Shown piece after piece: positions 49,108 to 59,372 of a DNA stretch of 64,000 bases. Source of the stretch: Thermoproteota archaeon. Lineage in GTDB: Archaea; Korarchaeota; JAOZGF01; JAOZFZ01. The notes beneath the pieces are model-generated. The model ran no database searches, was not told the origin of the DNA, and saw nothing but the letters and a program-made list of their open reading frames with translations. The stretch lies in NCBI GenBank assembly GCA_027492035.1, contig JAOZFT010000007.1, positions 1 to 64,000 on the forward strand, read 5' to 3'. The position numbers and the translations under genes are program-made. Position 1 is the first letter of the stretch, and each line of letters starts with the position of its first letter.

Positions 49108-49608
49108 GTGAAGGTACAGTTGTTGTTAGTTGGTGAAGCGTTAGTTGGTGAAGGGAATGAAGTGGCTCACATAGATTTATTGATAGGTGACAAGGATGGC
49201 CCGGTTGGCTATGCCTTCAGCAATTCATTAGCTTCACCTAGAGAAGGGCACACTCCTTTGTTAGCTGTCTTGGAACCTAATCTTCAACCTAAACCTTCCA
49301 CTTTAATTATAAATAAAGTTACAATAAAAAATTCGGCTCAAGCTGTGTTGATGTTTGGTCCTGCTCAAGCAGCAGTAGCTAAAGCTGTAGCTGACAGCGT
49401 AGAGGAAGGAGTTATTCCGAGAGACATGGCTGAAGATCTTGTTGTAATAGTTTCAGTTTTTATTCACTGGAAAGCCAGAGATAAAAAGAAAATTTACGAC
49501 TACAATTACGAAGCCACAAAACTTGCAATTAAAAGAGCATTTAAGGAAGAGCCTTCAGTGGAAGAGGTTTTGTCCAAGAAAGATAAGGCCAAGCATCCAT
49601 TTGCATAA
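49108..49608 (+). CDS. fae: Formaldehyde-activating enzyme (stand-alone, no Hps fusion)
   Basis: [53 protein letters not shown]. Confidence 0.95.
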   Translation: MKVQLLLVGEALVGEGNEVAHIDLLIGDKDGPVGYAFSNSLASPREGHTPLLAVLEPNLQPKPSTLIINKVTIKNSAQAVLMFGPAQAAVAKAVADSVEEGVIPRDMAEDLVVIVSVFIHWKARDKKKIYDYNYEATKLAIKRAFKEEPSVEEVLSKKDKAKHPFA

Positions 49609-49880
49609 ATTTACCTTAGTTGCCACCAACTCTTTTCCTTTTTTTAAAAACTGGGAAGAAATTTGCAGACCCTGTTAACTCTTTTTTACATTTCTATACA
49701 AAATTTTAGTTAAAAAAAGGTTTTTACATTTTAGACATGAGAATCGGGAAAATTAAATTTGTTTTCTTCCTTTTCCATGTTTTTCCACAAAAGTCCTTTT
49801 TTACCTTTTTCCCAGGATTTAAAAAGTGGAAAAATTTATAAACAGCCTAAACAAAATCTTTAGGTGGTGGATTCTTTAAT

Positions 49881-50717
49881 ATGTCGTTTGAAATCCAGGA
49901 GCTTCCTGACATCATTAAACTAGTTATTCTACTAAGTTTCAATAGGGAAGAGAGTTTAACAAGGTCTCAATTGAAAAATAAACTTGAACATTATTTAGAA
50001 AGAAGAGGCTCTATTGATTTAGCTGATTTAGAAGAAGCTTTAGAAGAATTAATTTCTGAAGGCCTCATTGTGAAACTTAATGGCAAATATGGTTTAACAA
50101 AGGAAGGAGTTAAATTAAGCAGTAAATGGAGGAGTCTATTAACTAGTAGAAGCCCTATTCTGGAGTTCATTGCCGGATTAACTGATGGAGCTGTTACAGG
50201 TTTAGTTATTGTGTTTTCAGCTTTTCTAGCTCATTTAGCCTTAAAAACAGTGATTTACTCTTCTATTTTAACTTTAACTGCTGTTTCCATAACGAATTTT
50301 TCAAGTTTCTTATTAGGCGGAAAAACTGAAGATATAGCAAATGCTCTTTCCTTCAAAACATTAGTTGAATTCAGTTTAAGAGACATCTCTGATAAAGCGG
50401 AGAGAAGAAAATCTTTCAAATTAGTTAAGCGTTTATTTTCAATTTTGAAGAAGGAAATATCTAAAACTAACTTTTTATCTGCTGCAACAGGTGCAATTAC
50501 AACTTTTGCTTCAGGTATTGTTCCAGTAGCTGCATTTATTTTTTTGAAGACACCTCTAAACATTTTCTTTTCATTGATTGCTTTAAGCGTAATAGTAGTT
50601 TTTCTAATTTACTATCGTGTCAAGAAATCTAAGGAGAAGTGGAAAACAACAGTTTCTGAAACGCTGTTAATCCTTACCCTGGCATCGATTGCTTCATTGA
50701 TGATTAGTTCCCTGTAA
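49881..50717 (+). CDS. Winged-helix domain fused to a VIT1/CCC1-like membrane domain
   Basis: N-terminal LEEALEELISEGLIV...YGLTKEG (wHTH wing); then FIAGLTDG plus five TM helices with a cytoplasmic insert and SGIVPV, matching VIT1 topology. Confidence 0.65.
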   Translation: MSFEIQELPDIIKLVILLSFNREESLTRSQLKNKLEHYLERRGSIDLADLEEALEELISEGLIVKLNGKYGLTKEGVKLSSKWRSLLTSRSPILEFIAGLTDGAVTGLVIVFSAFLAHLALKTVIYSSILTLTAVSITNFSSFLLGGKTEDIANALSFKTLVEFSLRDISDKAERRKSFKLVKRLFSILKKEISKTNFLSAATGAITTFASGIVPVAAFIFLKTPLNIFFSLIALSVIVVFLIYYRVKKSKEKWKTTVSETLLILTLASIASLMISSL

Positions 50718-50738
50718 ACACTTCAATTAAATATTTAA

Positions 50739-52595
50739 TTAATTGTAGGGGTAATTCTTTTCAGATAAAGGTATTTGACGGTAGATGTAACCTAAAGGAA
50801 TCCCTAGGCTCCATGCTTGGGGGTAAACTTGTTTCGCGTGGTTATTAACTGCTAACCGGTAGAAAAGCTTGTATCTAGCGTCAACATCCACATTAGGCTT
50901 AAACCTATCCCAAACGTTTTTGCATTGGCAGTAAGGATTATGCCAGTTATCCCAGGGTACACCACCCCAGGTGTATCCCCGCAGGTCCTTGTAGGTTTCC
51001 ATGTTCAGTATAATGTCTTGTTCGTAAGGGTTTGTTCTCCATACTTTGTCTCTTGGGTTGTAATAAACTGGAAATGCATGTCCTAAAGTACCTATGATTG
51101 CTGGGACGTTAACGTAGCGAAGAAGAAGCGATTGAATATACGCATTATCCATGCATGCACCTATGAATTTTCCTGTTTTTGTGAAGTAACTCCAGTACCA
51201 TTCTATGTGGAAAGGACAACGGAATTCTCCTACAATTACTCTACCATTAACAATTATTTCTTCTGGCACATCAAAATCCACGTGTTCATTGTTGATGAAG
51301 AAATAATCATCTAGGTTTGCTGCTAACCTATCTATTTTTGTGAGGTATCTGAAAAGGTACTTCTTCTGCATACTTTTATAAGGCATGTTGATTTCTACAG
51401 GTTCATTTTCCCCCAGGAATTCTTTAACCATAAATTCCCTCCCTTTGAAGCTGAAATTTCCAGCTATTAAAAACATGAAGTCGTTAATGTTTTGTGGCCT
51501 CTTTAAAACCCCTGAATAAATGTAATGCCAGTTCCAAACACCCCAATTGCCTGTTTTATCGGTTATTTCTTTGAAATTAGGGTAAAATTGCCCGGGAAAA
51601 TCCCAAACTAATGCTATATCTGCTTCTAATGGGTAGTTTTTGGCTTGCCAGTCTCCACCGTATTTCTTTATTATTTGGTCGGTTTCAATGACAAAATCTA
51701 AAATTTTGGGGACGTAGTGCATGATCGCTACAGTTACTTTGTCATCACTTATAGTGCTAAGTGCACCGTAATCTATACTGCAGGCTAAAACAATTCGGTA
51801 ATAACTTTCAGGAATCTCCCTATCTTCAACTAAATGAAGTAAAACTTGCAGTTGGGTGTTGTATCTAGGAACTTTAAAACTGAACCTACTTTCATCCGGT
51901 AAACCGTATTCGTCAATAAGGTAGAGTCCCTTCTTTACTTGGTAATCTTTTTTTGAAACATTTATAATTTGCTCTAACTGCTTTATAGCTGCCAATTCCT
52001 TAGAAGAAACACCATCCTTAATTTCCGGCAACTCAAGCAGATCATCTGTTAAATACCCCAAATTGTAAGGAGAGGCCTTTTTTGAATATGTAATATTTAA
52101 TTTTGATAGATCTCCTTCATCGACACCATCCAAAACATACTTAGAAACAAGTACCCTAAACAAGTCTTTTTTCTTAAGTGCTAACTGGAAAAATTTCTCT
52201 TCCAAACTGGAAATCTTTTTATCTTCAAAGAACAAGCCTGTTTCAAGAATCCATTGAGCAGCGTTACGGTTTTTAGATTCAGCTTTCTTGATTAAGTCAA
52301 TATATTTCAATACCTCTGTGAGATTTGCTTTTTCGGAGTAGACTTCAGGCATTTTTAACAAGCAAGGAGCCATATCACCCAAGCTAGAAGCTTTCTCAAT
52401 AACTAATTTGCCATATTCATCTAAACCATTTCTTGTAAGTTCAGAGTAGTAAGGGTTGTTTGTGTATAGCCACTCCACGAATCTAGGGTTTAGTTTATAA
52501 ATTCTTCCTAAAAAGGGGGTTGAATTTGCCACTGCAAAAAAGAAGATGGGAATGAATAACAGTACAAGCCACGTAACCAGCAGCAAGTACTTCAT
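50739..52595 (-). CDS. Secreted protein with a C-terminal transglutaminase-like Cys-His domain
   Basis: Signal peptide; GACMDNA..SLLLR..NVPA...GHAFP...W. Confidence 0.65.
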   Translation of the reverse strand: MKYLLLVTWLVLLFIPIFFFAVANSTPFLGRIYKLNPRFVEWLYTNNPYYSELTRNGLDEYGKLVIEKASSLGDMAPCLLKMPEVYSEKANLTEVLKYIDLIKKAESKNRNAAQWILETGLFFEDKKISSLEEKFFQLALKKKDLFRVLVSKYVLDGVDEGDLSKLNITYSKKASPYNLGYLTDDLLELPEIKDGVSSKELAAIKQLEQIINVSKKDYQVKKGLYLIDEYGLPDESRFSFKVPRYNTQLQVLLHLVEDREIPESYYRIVLACSIDYGALSTISDDKVTVAIMHYVPKILDFVIETDQIIKKYGGDWQAKNYPLEADIALVWDFPGQFYPNFKEITDKTGNWGVWNWHYIYSGVLKRPQNINDFMFLIAGNFSFKGREFMVKEFLGENEPVEINMPYKSMQKKYLFRYLTKIDRLAANLDDYFFINNEHVDFDVPEEIIVNGRVIVGEFRCPFHIEWYWSYFTKTGKFIGACMDNAYIQSLLLRYVNVPAIIGTLGHAFPVYYNPRDKVWRTNPYEQDIILNMETYKDLRGYTWGGVPWDNWHNPYCQCKNVWDRFKPNVDVDARYKLFYRLAVNNHAKQVYPQAWSLGIPLGYIYRQIPLSEKNYPYN

Positions 52596-52902
52596 TTTTA
52601 AATCAAGCCTTCTTTTACAAAGATTAAGTTACTGTGAAAAAGTAATGACGCATTGCCCTTTAAAGTTTTTACATCCAAATATTTTATTAAAGTCTTTTAA
52701 GTTTCTATGTCTTTAAAGTGAAAGAAGGCTCTCTATAATTTCTTTTAGAAGGAGAAAATAATATTGATTCGATTTTGCAATGAAGAATTTTCTTTTTAAT
52801 CTAATTTTAGCTTTGCTTTGATTTTAAGAAGAGATAAAAATTTTTACTGCAAATACTCCCTCTGAATCGTTTTTCCAAACTTTTCAAGTTTTTGCAGGGA
52901 GG

Positions 52903-53601
52903 TTGTTGAAAGGAGTAACAAAGTTGCTGGAGGTGATTGGGATTTCCAGTTGGGGTTTCATGCTTAAAGAGCTTGGTTTCAGAGATTATTCCTTTGTCGA
53001 AACAGTTGTTTCAACTTATTCAGGAAATATAAAGAATTTCGCGCCTATTGGAGTAGTTAAAAAGGGGAGGAATCTTTATTTAAAACTTTTTAAAATAACA
53101 AAAACCTACAGAAACATTTCGGAAAACAAGGAATGCGTAATAAACGTAGTTAGCGACGTTGAAATATTTTATTTAGCTCTTTTCAAGGAAAAACTGGGTG
53201 TGAATAAACGTTTTCCGAATTTTTTCCTTCCTAGTTTAACTGTGGATGCACCAAGGGTGAAAGGAGCTGATGCATATGTGGAGGCTGAAGCTGAAAACTT
53301 TAAAACTTTGACTAATGGAAAAGTTGAGGTTAAGTTGAGGATTAAATTTGTTGAAATAGTGAACCCTAGACCTAAAGTTTTCTGCAGATGCGATTTTGCA
53401 GTGATCGAAAGCTTAATTCATTTAACACGAATTCCTGTATTTGTTTCTCAAAAGAGATGGGTAGAGGCTGAGAAGCTGATTAAATTAATTGAGTACTACA
53501 AGGAGTTGGTTGAAAGAGTTTGTCCAAAGTCAGAACATATAAAAATAATGGGTAAGGTGGCTGAAGAAAATGAGCAATGGAAGAAAAAAATTGCTGGTTG
53601 A
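52903..53601 (+). CDS. DUF447 family protein (FMN-binding split-barrel-like)
   Basis: ETVVST...NFAPIGV...TKTYRNI...R...AVIESLIHLTR; the start may be ATG 52960. Confidence 0.85.
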   Translation: MLKGVTKLLEVIGISSWGFMLKELGFRDYSFVETVVSTYSGNIKNFAPIGVVKKGRNLYLKLFKITKTYRNISENKECVINVVSDVEIFYLALFKEKLGVNKRFPNFFLPSLTVDAPRVKGADAYVEAEAENFKTLTNGKVEVKLRIKFVEIVNPRPKVFCRCDFAVIESLIHLTRIPVFVSQKRWVEAEKLIKLIEYYKELVERVCPKSEHIKIMGKVAEENEQWKKKIAG

Positions 53602-54547
53602 CACACCTTCACGGCTTCATTTTGGGATGATTGATTTGAAAGGGGACTTAGGAAGGTTGTATGGTTCATTAGGGTTAGCGTTAAAAAAACCAGGATATAA
53701 AATAAAGGTTGAGGAAAGTGAAGAATTAACAGTAAAGGGATTTCAAGGTAGAAGAGCCTTAGTGATACTTAAAAAATTACTTGAAAGAATGAATGTAAAA
53801 AGAAAGTTTTTGGTGAGCATTGACGAAGCTATACCTGAACATGTGGGGTTGGGTTCCGGCACCCAATTAACTTTAGGTTTAGGTTTGGCTGTAGCGAAAG
53901 TGCTCAATATTAAAATTGACGTAGAAGAAATTGCTGCTTTAACAGGAAGAGGGGAAGAATCAGGGGTTGGGATCTATGTTTTCAAACATGGAGGATTTGT
54001 TTTAGATGGAGGTAAGAATATAAGAGAGAAGAGAGGCATTCCTCCCTTACTTTTGAGGATTCCCTTCCCTGAGAACTGGTTCTTTATAGTTGCAACTCCG
54101 GAAATAGAGAGGGGAGTGTCTGGAATTAAGGAGAAAGAAATTTTTAGGGAGCCATTCAAGTGGTTGAGTTCTGATTTACCAAGGAAAAAGTCACATTTAC
54201 TTCTTATGAAAATGATTCCTGCATTAGTAGAGAAAGAAATTGAAGTGTTCGGAGAAGCATTGACGGAGTTTGAGAAATTGACAGGTGAATCTTTCTTACG
54301 GTTCCAGGAAGGTATTTACAGACACCCAATAATAAGGAAGGGTGTAGAGTTACTTTTAGAAAATGGTTGTGTAGCCGCTGGACAAAGCTCTTGGGGCCCC
54401 ACCTTCTATGGTTTAACGGATAATTTGAAAAAAGGCAGGAACTTAGCTAAGGCTATAAAGGATCTTTTTGCTAAAGAGAAAGTAAAAGGAGTTGTTTTTG
54501 TCAGTAAAGCACGTAATGAAGGTGCTAAAATTAAAACAATAAGCTGA
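53570..54547 (+). CDS. mptG: Beta-ribofuranosylaminobenzene 5'-phosphate synthase (GHMP family)
   Basis: TPSRLHFGMIDL, HVGLGSGTQ, RG..SGVG, GGFVLDGG, GQSSWGPT. Confidence 0.9.
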   Translation: MSNGRKKLLVDTPSRLHFGMIDLKGDLGRLYGSLGLALKKPGYKIKVEESEELTVKGFQGRRALVILKKLLERMNVKRKFLVSIDEAIPEHVGLGSGTQLTLGLGLAVAKVLNIKIDVEEIAALTGRGEESGVGIYVFKHGGFVLDGGKNIREKRGIPPLLLRIPFPENWFFIVATPEIERGVSGIKEKEIFREPFKWLSSDLPRKKSHLLLMKMIPALVEKEIEVFGEALTEFEKLTGESFLRFQEGIYRHPIIRKGVELLLENGCVAAGQSSWGPTFYGLTDNLKKGRNLAKAIKDLFAKEKVKGVVFVSKARNEGAKIKTIS

Positions 54548-54599
54548 AAGCCAGAAGGGACAAACTGTTTGATCTCTTACCTCTATAACGCAGGAACTG

Positions 54600-55631
54600 T
54601 TAAGGTTTGAAACCGTTAAGTATAGCTAAGTAGATCGTGTTAGCTGTTAAATCGGCTGTTGTTCCAGGGTTCAACTTCTTTTGTTTCAATTCTTCATCTA
54701 ACTTCTCTATTTCCCTCCTTCCCTCTTTAGTTTTCAGTCCTCCGAGCTTAAGAATTTCCTTTGCCCTCTTACTTACCTCGATGGAGGTTTTTAACCCCTT
54801 TTTTACAGCCTCCTTTATATCCCTCACGCCACTTCTCAAACCTACTTTTCTAGCAATGAAAGTGTCAGGGTGGGAAGCCAAAATTTTCAAGAAAGTGTGG
54901 ACAGTTGCTGTGTTCACACTCCCTGTTTCATTTAAAACTTTAAAAAATGTTTTTAGCCCTGTTTGGAAAGAAATATTCATTTTTGAAACCCATTCACGGG
55001 AGATATTGTCCCATGAACTTGAAATCTCCATTACTTCATAGAGAGTCAATTTCTCCTTCATTATTTCTTCTTTAAAATTTTCTTTGTTTATATCTGGAGC
55101 TTTAACATTTACTAATTCACCTAGGGTAGTTGAAGAAACTTCATATATGCCTTGATAAACACTTATAGTATCTTCAACTGTGGTTGAAGACACTATTTGG
55201 GAAAAGTTTTCCTTTAAATCAAGTAAACTTGCCCTTTTTAATGAGGAGCATATTCCAACAGCAGCTGTTAAGGGTATGAAAAGCAAAATTACTCCAAGAT
55301 GAGTATTACCTCCCCTATGCCAACTTTTAACTTCTCTCAGTGACCTCAAAATCAGCTCCCCTACCTTAACGCTTCTAAGTTTCTTATTTTTAATCCCTAC
55401 TCTGTATCCCCTCAAAAAGGCCTCCTTCACAGCCGGGGCTAAAGCTATACTCCCAGCAATGAATTCCTCAAAAGTGGTATCTTTAAAATCACTTGTTCTG
55501 TGGATATTTCCAGGTTTTGGATAACCACTTACTTCCAAAGCTGCAGCTAACTGAGCAGCTAAAGCCACGTTTTGGCTGACTTTAGACAAGCTGCCGTCAA
55601 GAAATTTTTCGCACAGAAATAATTGTTTCAT
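54600..55631 (-). CDS. citG: Triphosphoribosyl-dephospho-CoA synthase-like (CitG family)
   Basis: LEVSGYPKPGNIHR, NTHLG, PDTFIARK, NPGTTADL. Confidence 0.88.
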   Translation of the reverse strand: MKQLFLCEKFLDGSLSKVSQNVALAAQLAAALEVSGYPKPGNIHRTSDFKDTTFEEFIAGSIALAPAVKEAFLRGYRVGIKNKKLRSVKVGELILRSLREVKSWHRGGNTHLGVILLFIPLTAAVGICSSLKRASLLDLKENFSQIVSSTTVEDTISVYQGIYEVSSTTLGELVNVKAPDINKENFKEEIMKEKLTLYEVMEISSSWDNISREWVSKMNISFQTGLKTFFKVLNETGSVNTATVHTFLKILASHPDTFIARKVGLRSGVRDIKEAVKKGLKTSIEVSKRAKEILKLGGLKTKEGRREIEKLDEELKQKKLNPGTTADLTANTIYLAILNGFKP

Positions 55632-55718
55632 TTAAAATCCCTTTCTAAGTTTCTAGGTGGAGAAATATGCTTAAGCTTTAATAAAGCTTTAAATATGCCT
55701 CAACATGTTTGGGTTAAA

Positions 55719-55742
55719 AAGGTAGAGGTAAAGGTAGAGGTA
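55719..55742 (+). repeat. 12-bp tandem duplication in the citG/CPBP divergent promoter
   Basis: AAGGTAGAGGTA-AAGGTAGAGGTA; the palindrome AAGCTTTA-A-TAAAGCTT lies at 55673-55689. Confidence 0.6.
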
Positions 55743-55855
55743 CCCTTAATTTTTCTGAAAAAAGTTTCTTTAAATTTATTGAAGGTTTCTGAAGGTGAAA
55801 AAATAAAAAACTGGTTATTCTTGAAGTAGTGAAGCAGTGTAAAGGATGAAAATAA

Positions 55856-56635
55856 ATGACTGAGACCAAAGGTGGAAATGAAGTATTAGGTAATGGAAAA
55901 CTAGTTTTTTATGCTTTTTTAGTGTTTATAGGTGCAATGGTTTTACAAGGCTTACTTGAAGGTTTATTGATTATATCTTACGCTTACTTACAAGGTTTAA
56001 ATATCTTAACTCACACCGAAGAACTTTTTAATGTTTTGAAGAAGTTAATGAAAGTCTTAGTTTTAATTACAGATTTTGTTTTTATCTTTTCCTCATTGAT
56101 GGTTTTCAGAAGAATTTATAATCCGAAAGTGAAATTATTTCCTGAGAAAAAAACTAAATTACTTCTTGGTTTAGTGGCTGCTTTTCTAGGTTTTCTCTCC
56201 GCCGTGCTGGTTACTTACCTCTTCGCTTTCATTCTTAAATTTAAGGTTCCAAAGTGGTTTGTAGAAGTTTCTAAGCCGGTAGATTTGCCAGATTTCATTT
56301 GCTGGCTTGGTATTATTTGGTTAACTGTTGGACCAGCTGAGGAACTTTTCTTTAGAGGAGTTATTCAAGAATATTTTACTAAATGGGGAGGTGAAGTCTC
56401 AGGAATTATTTTCTCGTCCCTATTCTTTGCTTTAGCCCATACACAGTTTAATTTATGGGTTAGGTTCCCTGGCCCGTTTGTTACTAGTCTAGTTTACAGT
56501 TACTTCTATACTAAAACAAAAAGTTTAGCTCCTGTTTGGTTAGCTCATTCTTTACATGACACCATTGCTTACGCTTTGCTCTTTTTTACCTCGGTTGATC
56601 CTATTAAAATCTTAAATGTTCTTTTCTCTGCTTAG
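55856..56635 (+). CDS. CPBP (CAAX/Abi) intramembrane metalloprotease
   Basis: EELFFRG, FALAH, HSLHD. Confidence 0.9.
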   Translation: MTETKGGNEVLGNGKLVFYAFLVFIGAMVLQGLLEGLLIISYAYLQGLNILTHTEELFNVLKKLMKVLVLITDFVFIFSSLMVFRRIYNPKVKLFPEKKTKLLLGLVAAFLGFLSAVLVTYLFAFILKFKVPKWFVEVSKPVDLPDFICWLGIIWLTVGPAEELFFRGVIQEYFTKWGGEVSGIIFSSLFFALAHTQFNLWVRFPGPFVTSLVYSYFYTKTKSLAPVWLAHSLHDTIAYALLFFTSVDPIKILNVLFSA

Positions 56636-58169
56636 GGTTCCTGTTAGGTCTTATCCCCCCCATCATTAAACCTATTTCCTCTATCGTAAATTCTTCCGGC
56701 TTTCCAATCCCTAAAAATTCTCCTTCATACATTACAGCTACTCTACTGCTTAATTCTAAGGCTTCCTCTAGATCTGCTGAAACAAGCAGTATTGCTTTTC
56801 CTTGATCCCTCATTTTAAGCAGCAACTCTCTTATGTAAAGAGTTGAAGCTATATCTAACCCCCTTGTTGGGTGAGCTGCAATAATTAAGGATGGTTCTTT
56901 GCTTAACTCTCTACCCACTATTAATTTCTGCTGATTCCCACCACTTAGGCTTCGTGCAGGTATTTTCAAGCTTGTGGTTACTACATTAAATTTTTTAATC
57001 ATTTCTTTCGCGAAGTTCGTTATAGCTGACCAGTTTAATTTGCCCAGTGCCTGCGTAAACCTGGGTTCAAATTGTCTACCTAACACGCTGTTCTCTAAAA
57101 TTGTGAAGTCAAGCACTAACCCATACTTTTGTCTGTCCTCAGGAATGTTTGAAACACCTTGACTGTAGATAAACTTGGGATCTGGTTTCTCTATTTTTCT
57201 CCCATTAAGGAATATCTCTCCGGTTTCAGCTGGTCTGAGACCTGTAAGAGCCTGTAAAAGTTCTGTTTGGCCATTTCCCTCTACCCCTACTACACCAAAG
57301 ATTTCCCTTTCTTTAACTTCAAACGAAACACCTTTAACAGCTGGTCTCCCGCTGTCATCCAAAACTGTTAAGTTTTTAACTATAAGAACAGGTTTCCCCA
57401 CTTCAATTCTTTCTTTCCTTATTTTCAATTCTATTTCTTCCCCAACCATCATTTTTGCAAGTTCTTCAGGTGTTGCCTTGCTTGTTTCTATTCTTCCAGT
57501 AACCTTTCCTTGCCTGAGAACAGTTACTCTATCTGTTACTTCGATAGCTTCCTTTAGTTTATGGGTTATAAAAACGATGGATTTCCCTTTTTCACGCATA
57601 CTTTTCAGAACTTTAAAGAGTTCTTTGACTTCAAGAGGAGTTAGAAAGGAAGTCGGTTCATCTAGTATCAACACGTTAGCGCCCTTGTAAAGGAGTTTAA
57701 GGATTTCAACCCTTTGTTGCACACCTAAAGGAAGTTTTTCCACTGGAGTATTCGGGGGAACTTTAAGCCCTGTTTCATTCATTAAGCGTTGAAATATCTT
57801 TTCAGCCTTTTTGAGGTTTAATGTTGAGAAAGGAATCAATAACCCTTTGCCTTTTCTCTCTAACCCAAGTATAAGGTTTTCTACGGGTGTGTACATTGGT
57901 ACCAGTGAGAAATGTTGGTGAACCATTCCTATTCCGAGTTTTAAGGCATCAGAAGGGTTTTTAAAATCAACCTTCTCTCCATTAATAAATATTTCTCCTG
58001 CAGTGGGTCTAAGCAACCCCGAAAGAATTTTCATAAGGGTTGTTTTACCCGCCCCATTTTCACCCAATAAACCCACAATTTCACTTTCCCCTACACTAAA
58101 ATTCACACCTTTAAGAGCCACTGTACCGTCAGGGTAAATTTTCTTTATACCTCTCATTTCAATTTTCAT
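56604..58169 (-). CDS. Nucleoside/sugar (CUT2) ABC ATP-binding protein with two ABC domains
   Basis: GENGAGKTT, LDEPT, GVEGNGQ, LSGGNQQK, PTRGLD. Confidence 0.93.
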   Translation of the reverse strand: MKIEMRGIKKIYPDGTVALKGVNFSVGESEIVGLLGENGAGKTTLMKILSGLLRPTAGEIFINGEKVDFKNPSDALKLGIGMVHQHFSLVPMYTPVENLILGLERKGKGLLIPFSTLNLKKAEKIFQRLMNETGLKVPPNTPVEKLPLGVQQRVEILKLLYKGANVLILDEPTSFLTPLEVKELFKVLKSMREKGKSIVFITHKLKEAIEVTDRVTVLRQGKVTGRIETSKATPEELAKMMVGEEIELKIRKERIEVGKPVLIVKNLTVLDDSGRPAVKGVSFEVKEREIFGVVGVEGNGQTELLQALTGLRPAETGEIFLNGRKIEKPDPKFIYSQGVSNIPEDRQKYGLVLDFTILENSVLGRQFEPRFTQALGKLNWSAITNFAKEMIKKFNVVTTSLKIPARSLSGGNQQKLIVGRELSKEPSLIIAAHPTRGLDIASTLYIRELLLKMRDQGKAILLVSADLEEALELSSRVAVMYEGEFLGIGKPEEFTIEEIGLMMGGIRPNRNPKQRKEHLRF

Positions 58170-58328
58170 ACTTCCTTAAACCTCACTGAAAAAAAAGAAA
58201 GATGTGGAGTCTGCTCGAGAAAAATCGGGACCTTTTTTAAAGTGAACAGTGAGTAACCATTAAGAAAATTTTTAAAACTTTTGTGGTTTTGATAACTAAA
58301 TTCCTTAAAAAAGAGAGGGAGGGTAAAT

Positions 58329-59372
58329 GTGAAAGAGTATAATCCGTTACTGCTTTCAATCGGACAATCCATTCTTGCAATTGCAATAGGTTTGTTGATA
58401 GGAAGTGCATTGATTGCTTTTTTTGGTTACGACCCTTTGAAGGCTTTTATAATGCTTTTTAAGGGTGCTTTCGGAGGACTGTCTGAAACCCTTGAAACCC
58501 TTGCATATTCTGTTCCGTTCATGCTCACAGCTATACCCTTCGCAATAGGCATGCAAGCAGGCCTTTTTAACATAGGAGCTGAAGGACAAATGTACTTGGG
58601 AGCTGTAGCTGCTGTTGCAGTCGGAGGAGCTCTTTCTTTGCCTCCTTACATTCACTTAATTTGTGCAACAGTTTTTTCAATGGTTGCCGGTGCATTGTGG
58701 GCTTATCCAGCTGCGGTTTTAAAAATTAAAAGGGGAGTTCATGAAGTTATTTCAACAATAATGCTTAATTGGATAGCCTTCTATCTCTCAATTTATTTGA
58801 TAGTTTACCATTTAGCACAACCCGGAAGAGCTGAGAGAAGCTTACCTATTCTCCCAACATCAAGGTATGCTGTTTTATATTCTGGTTCCACACTTACCAC
58901 CGTCATATTTGTAGCTGTTGGTTTCTGCATCCTCCTTCATTTCTTCCTTAAGGGAACAAGGATAGGGTATGAAATGAGAGCAGCTGGCTCAAACCCTGAC
59001 GCCGCCAGATACGCAGGCATAAACATTAACAAAGTCATAATACTCAGTTTTATCATTGGAGGCATGGCTTCAGGCTTGGCTGGTGCAAGTCAAATACTTG
59101 GCAGGCCACCTGCGTGGGCTCTCTACGCAACTCTTGGAAACATAGTGAACATAGGTTTTGACGGAATAGGAGTGGCGTTAATAGGTAGGAATAATCCAAT
59201 TGGAGGAATATTTGCTGCTATTTTTTATGGTGCCCTTTTAAATGGAGGGAGGTCTATGGAGTATTACGTAGGTGTACCATCCGAACTTGTCCGTGCAGTA
59301 AACGGTTTAATAGTGTTAGCTCTTGCATCACCAGAAATAATAAGTATTGTAAGGAGGAAGATTAAGAAATGA
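58329..59372 (+). CDS. Nucleoside-type ABC permease 1
   Basis: [31 protein letters not shown]. Confidence 0.92.
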   Translation: MKEYNPLLLSIGQSILAIAIGLLIGSALIAFFGYDPLKAFIMLFKGAFGGLSETLETLAYSVPFMLTAIPFAIGMQAGLFNIGAEGQMYLGAVAAVAVGGALSLPPYIHLICATVFSMVAGALWAYPAAVLKIKRGVHEVISTIMLNWIAFYLSIYLIVYHLAQPGRAERSLPILPTSRYAVLYSGSTLTTVIFVAVGFCILLHFFLKGTRIGYEMRAAGSNPDAARYAGININKVIILSFIIGGMASGLAGASQILGRPPAWALYATLGNIVNIGFDGIGVALIGRNNPIGGIFAAIFYGALLNGGRSMEYYVGVPSELVRAVNGLIVLALASPEIISIVRRKIKK

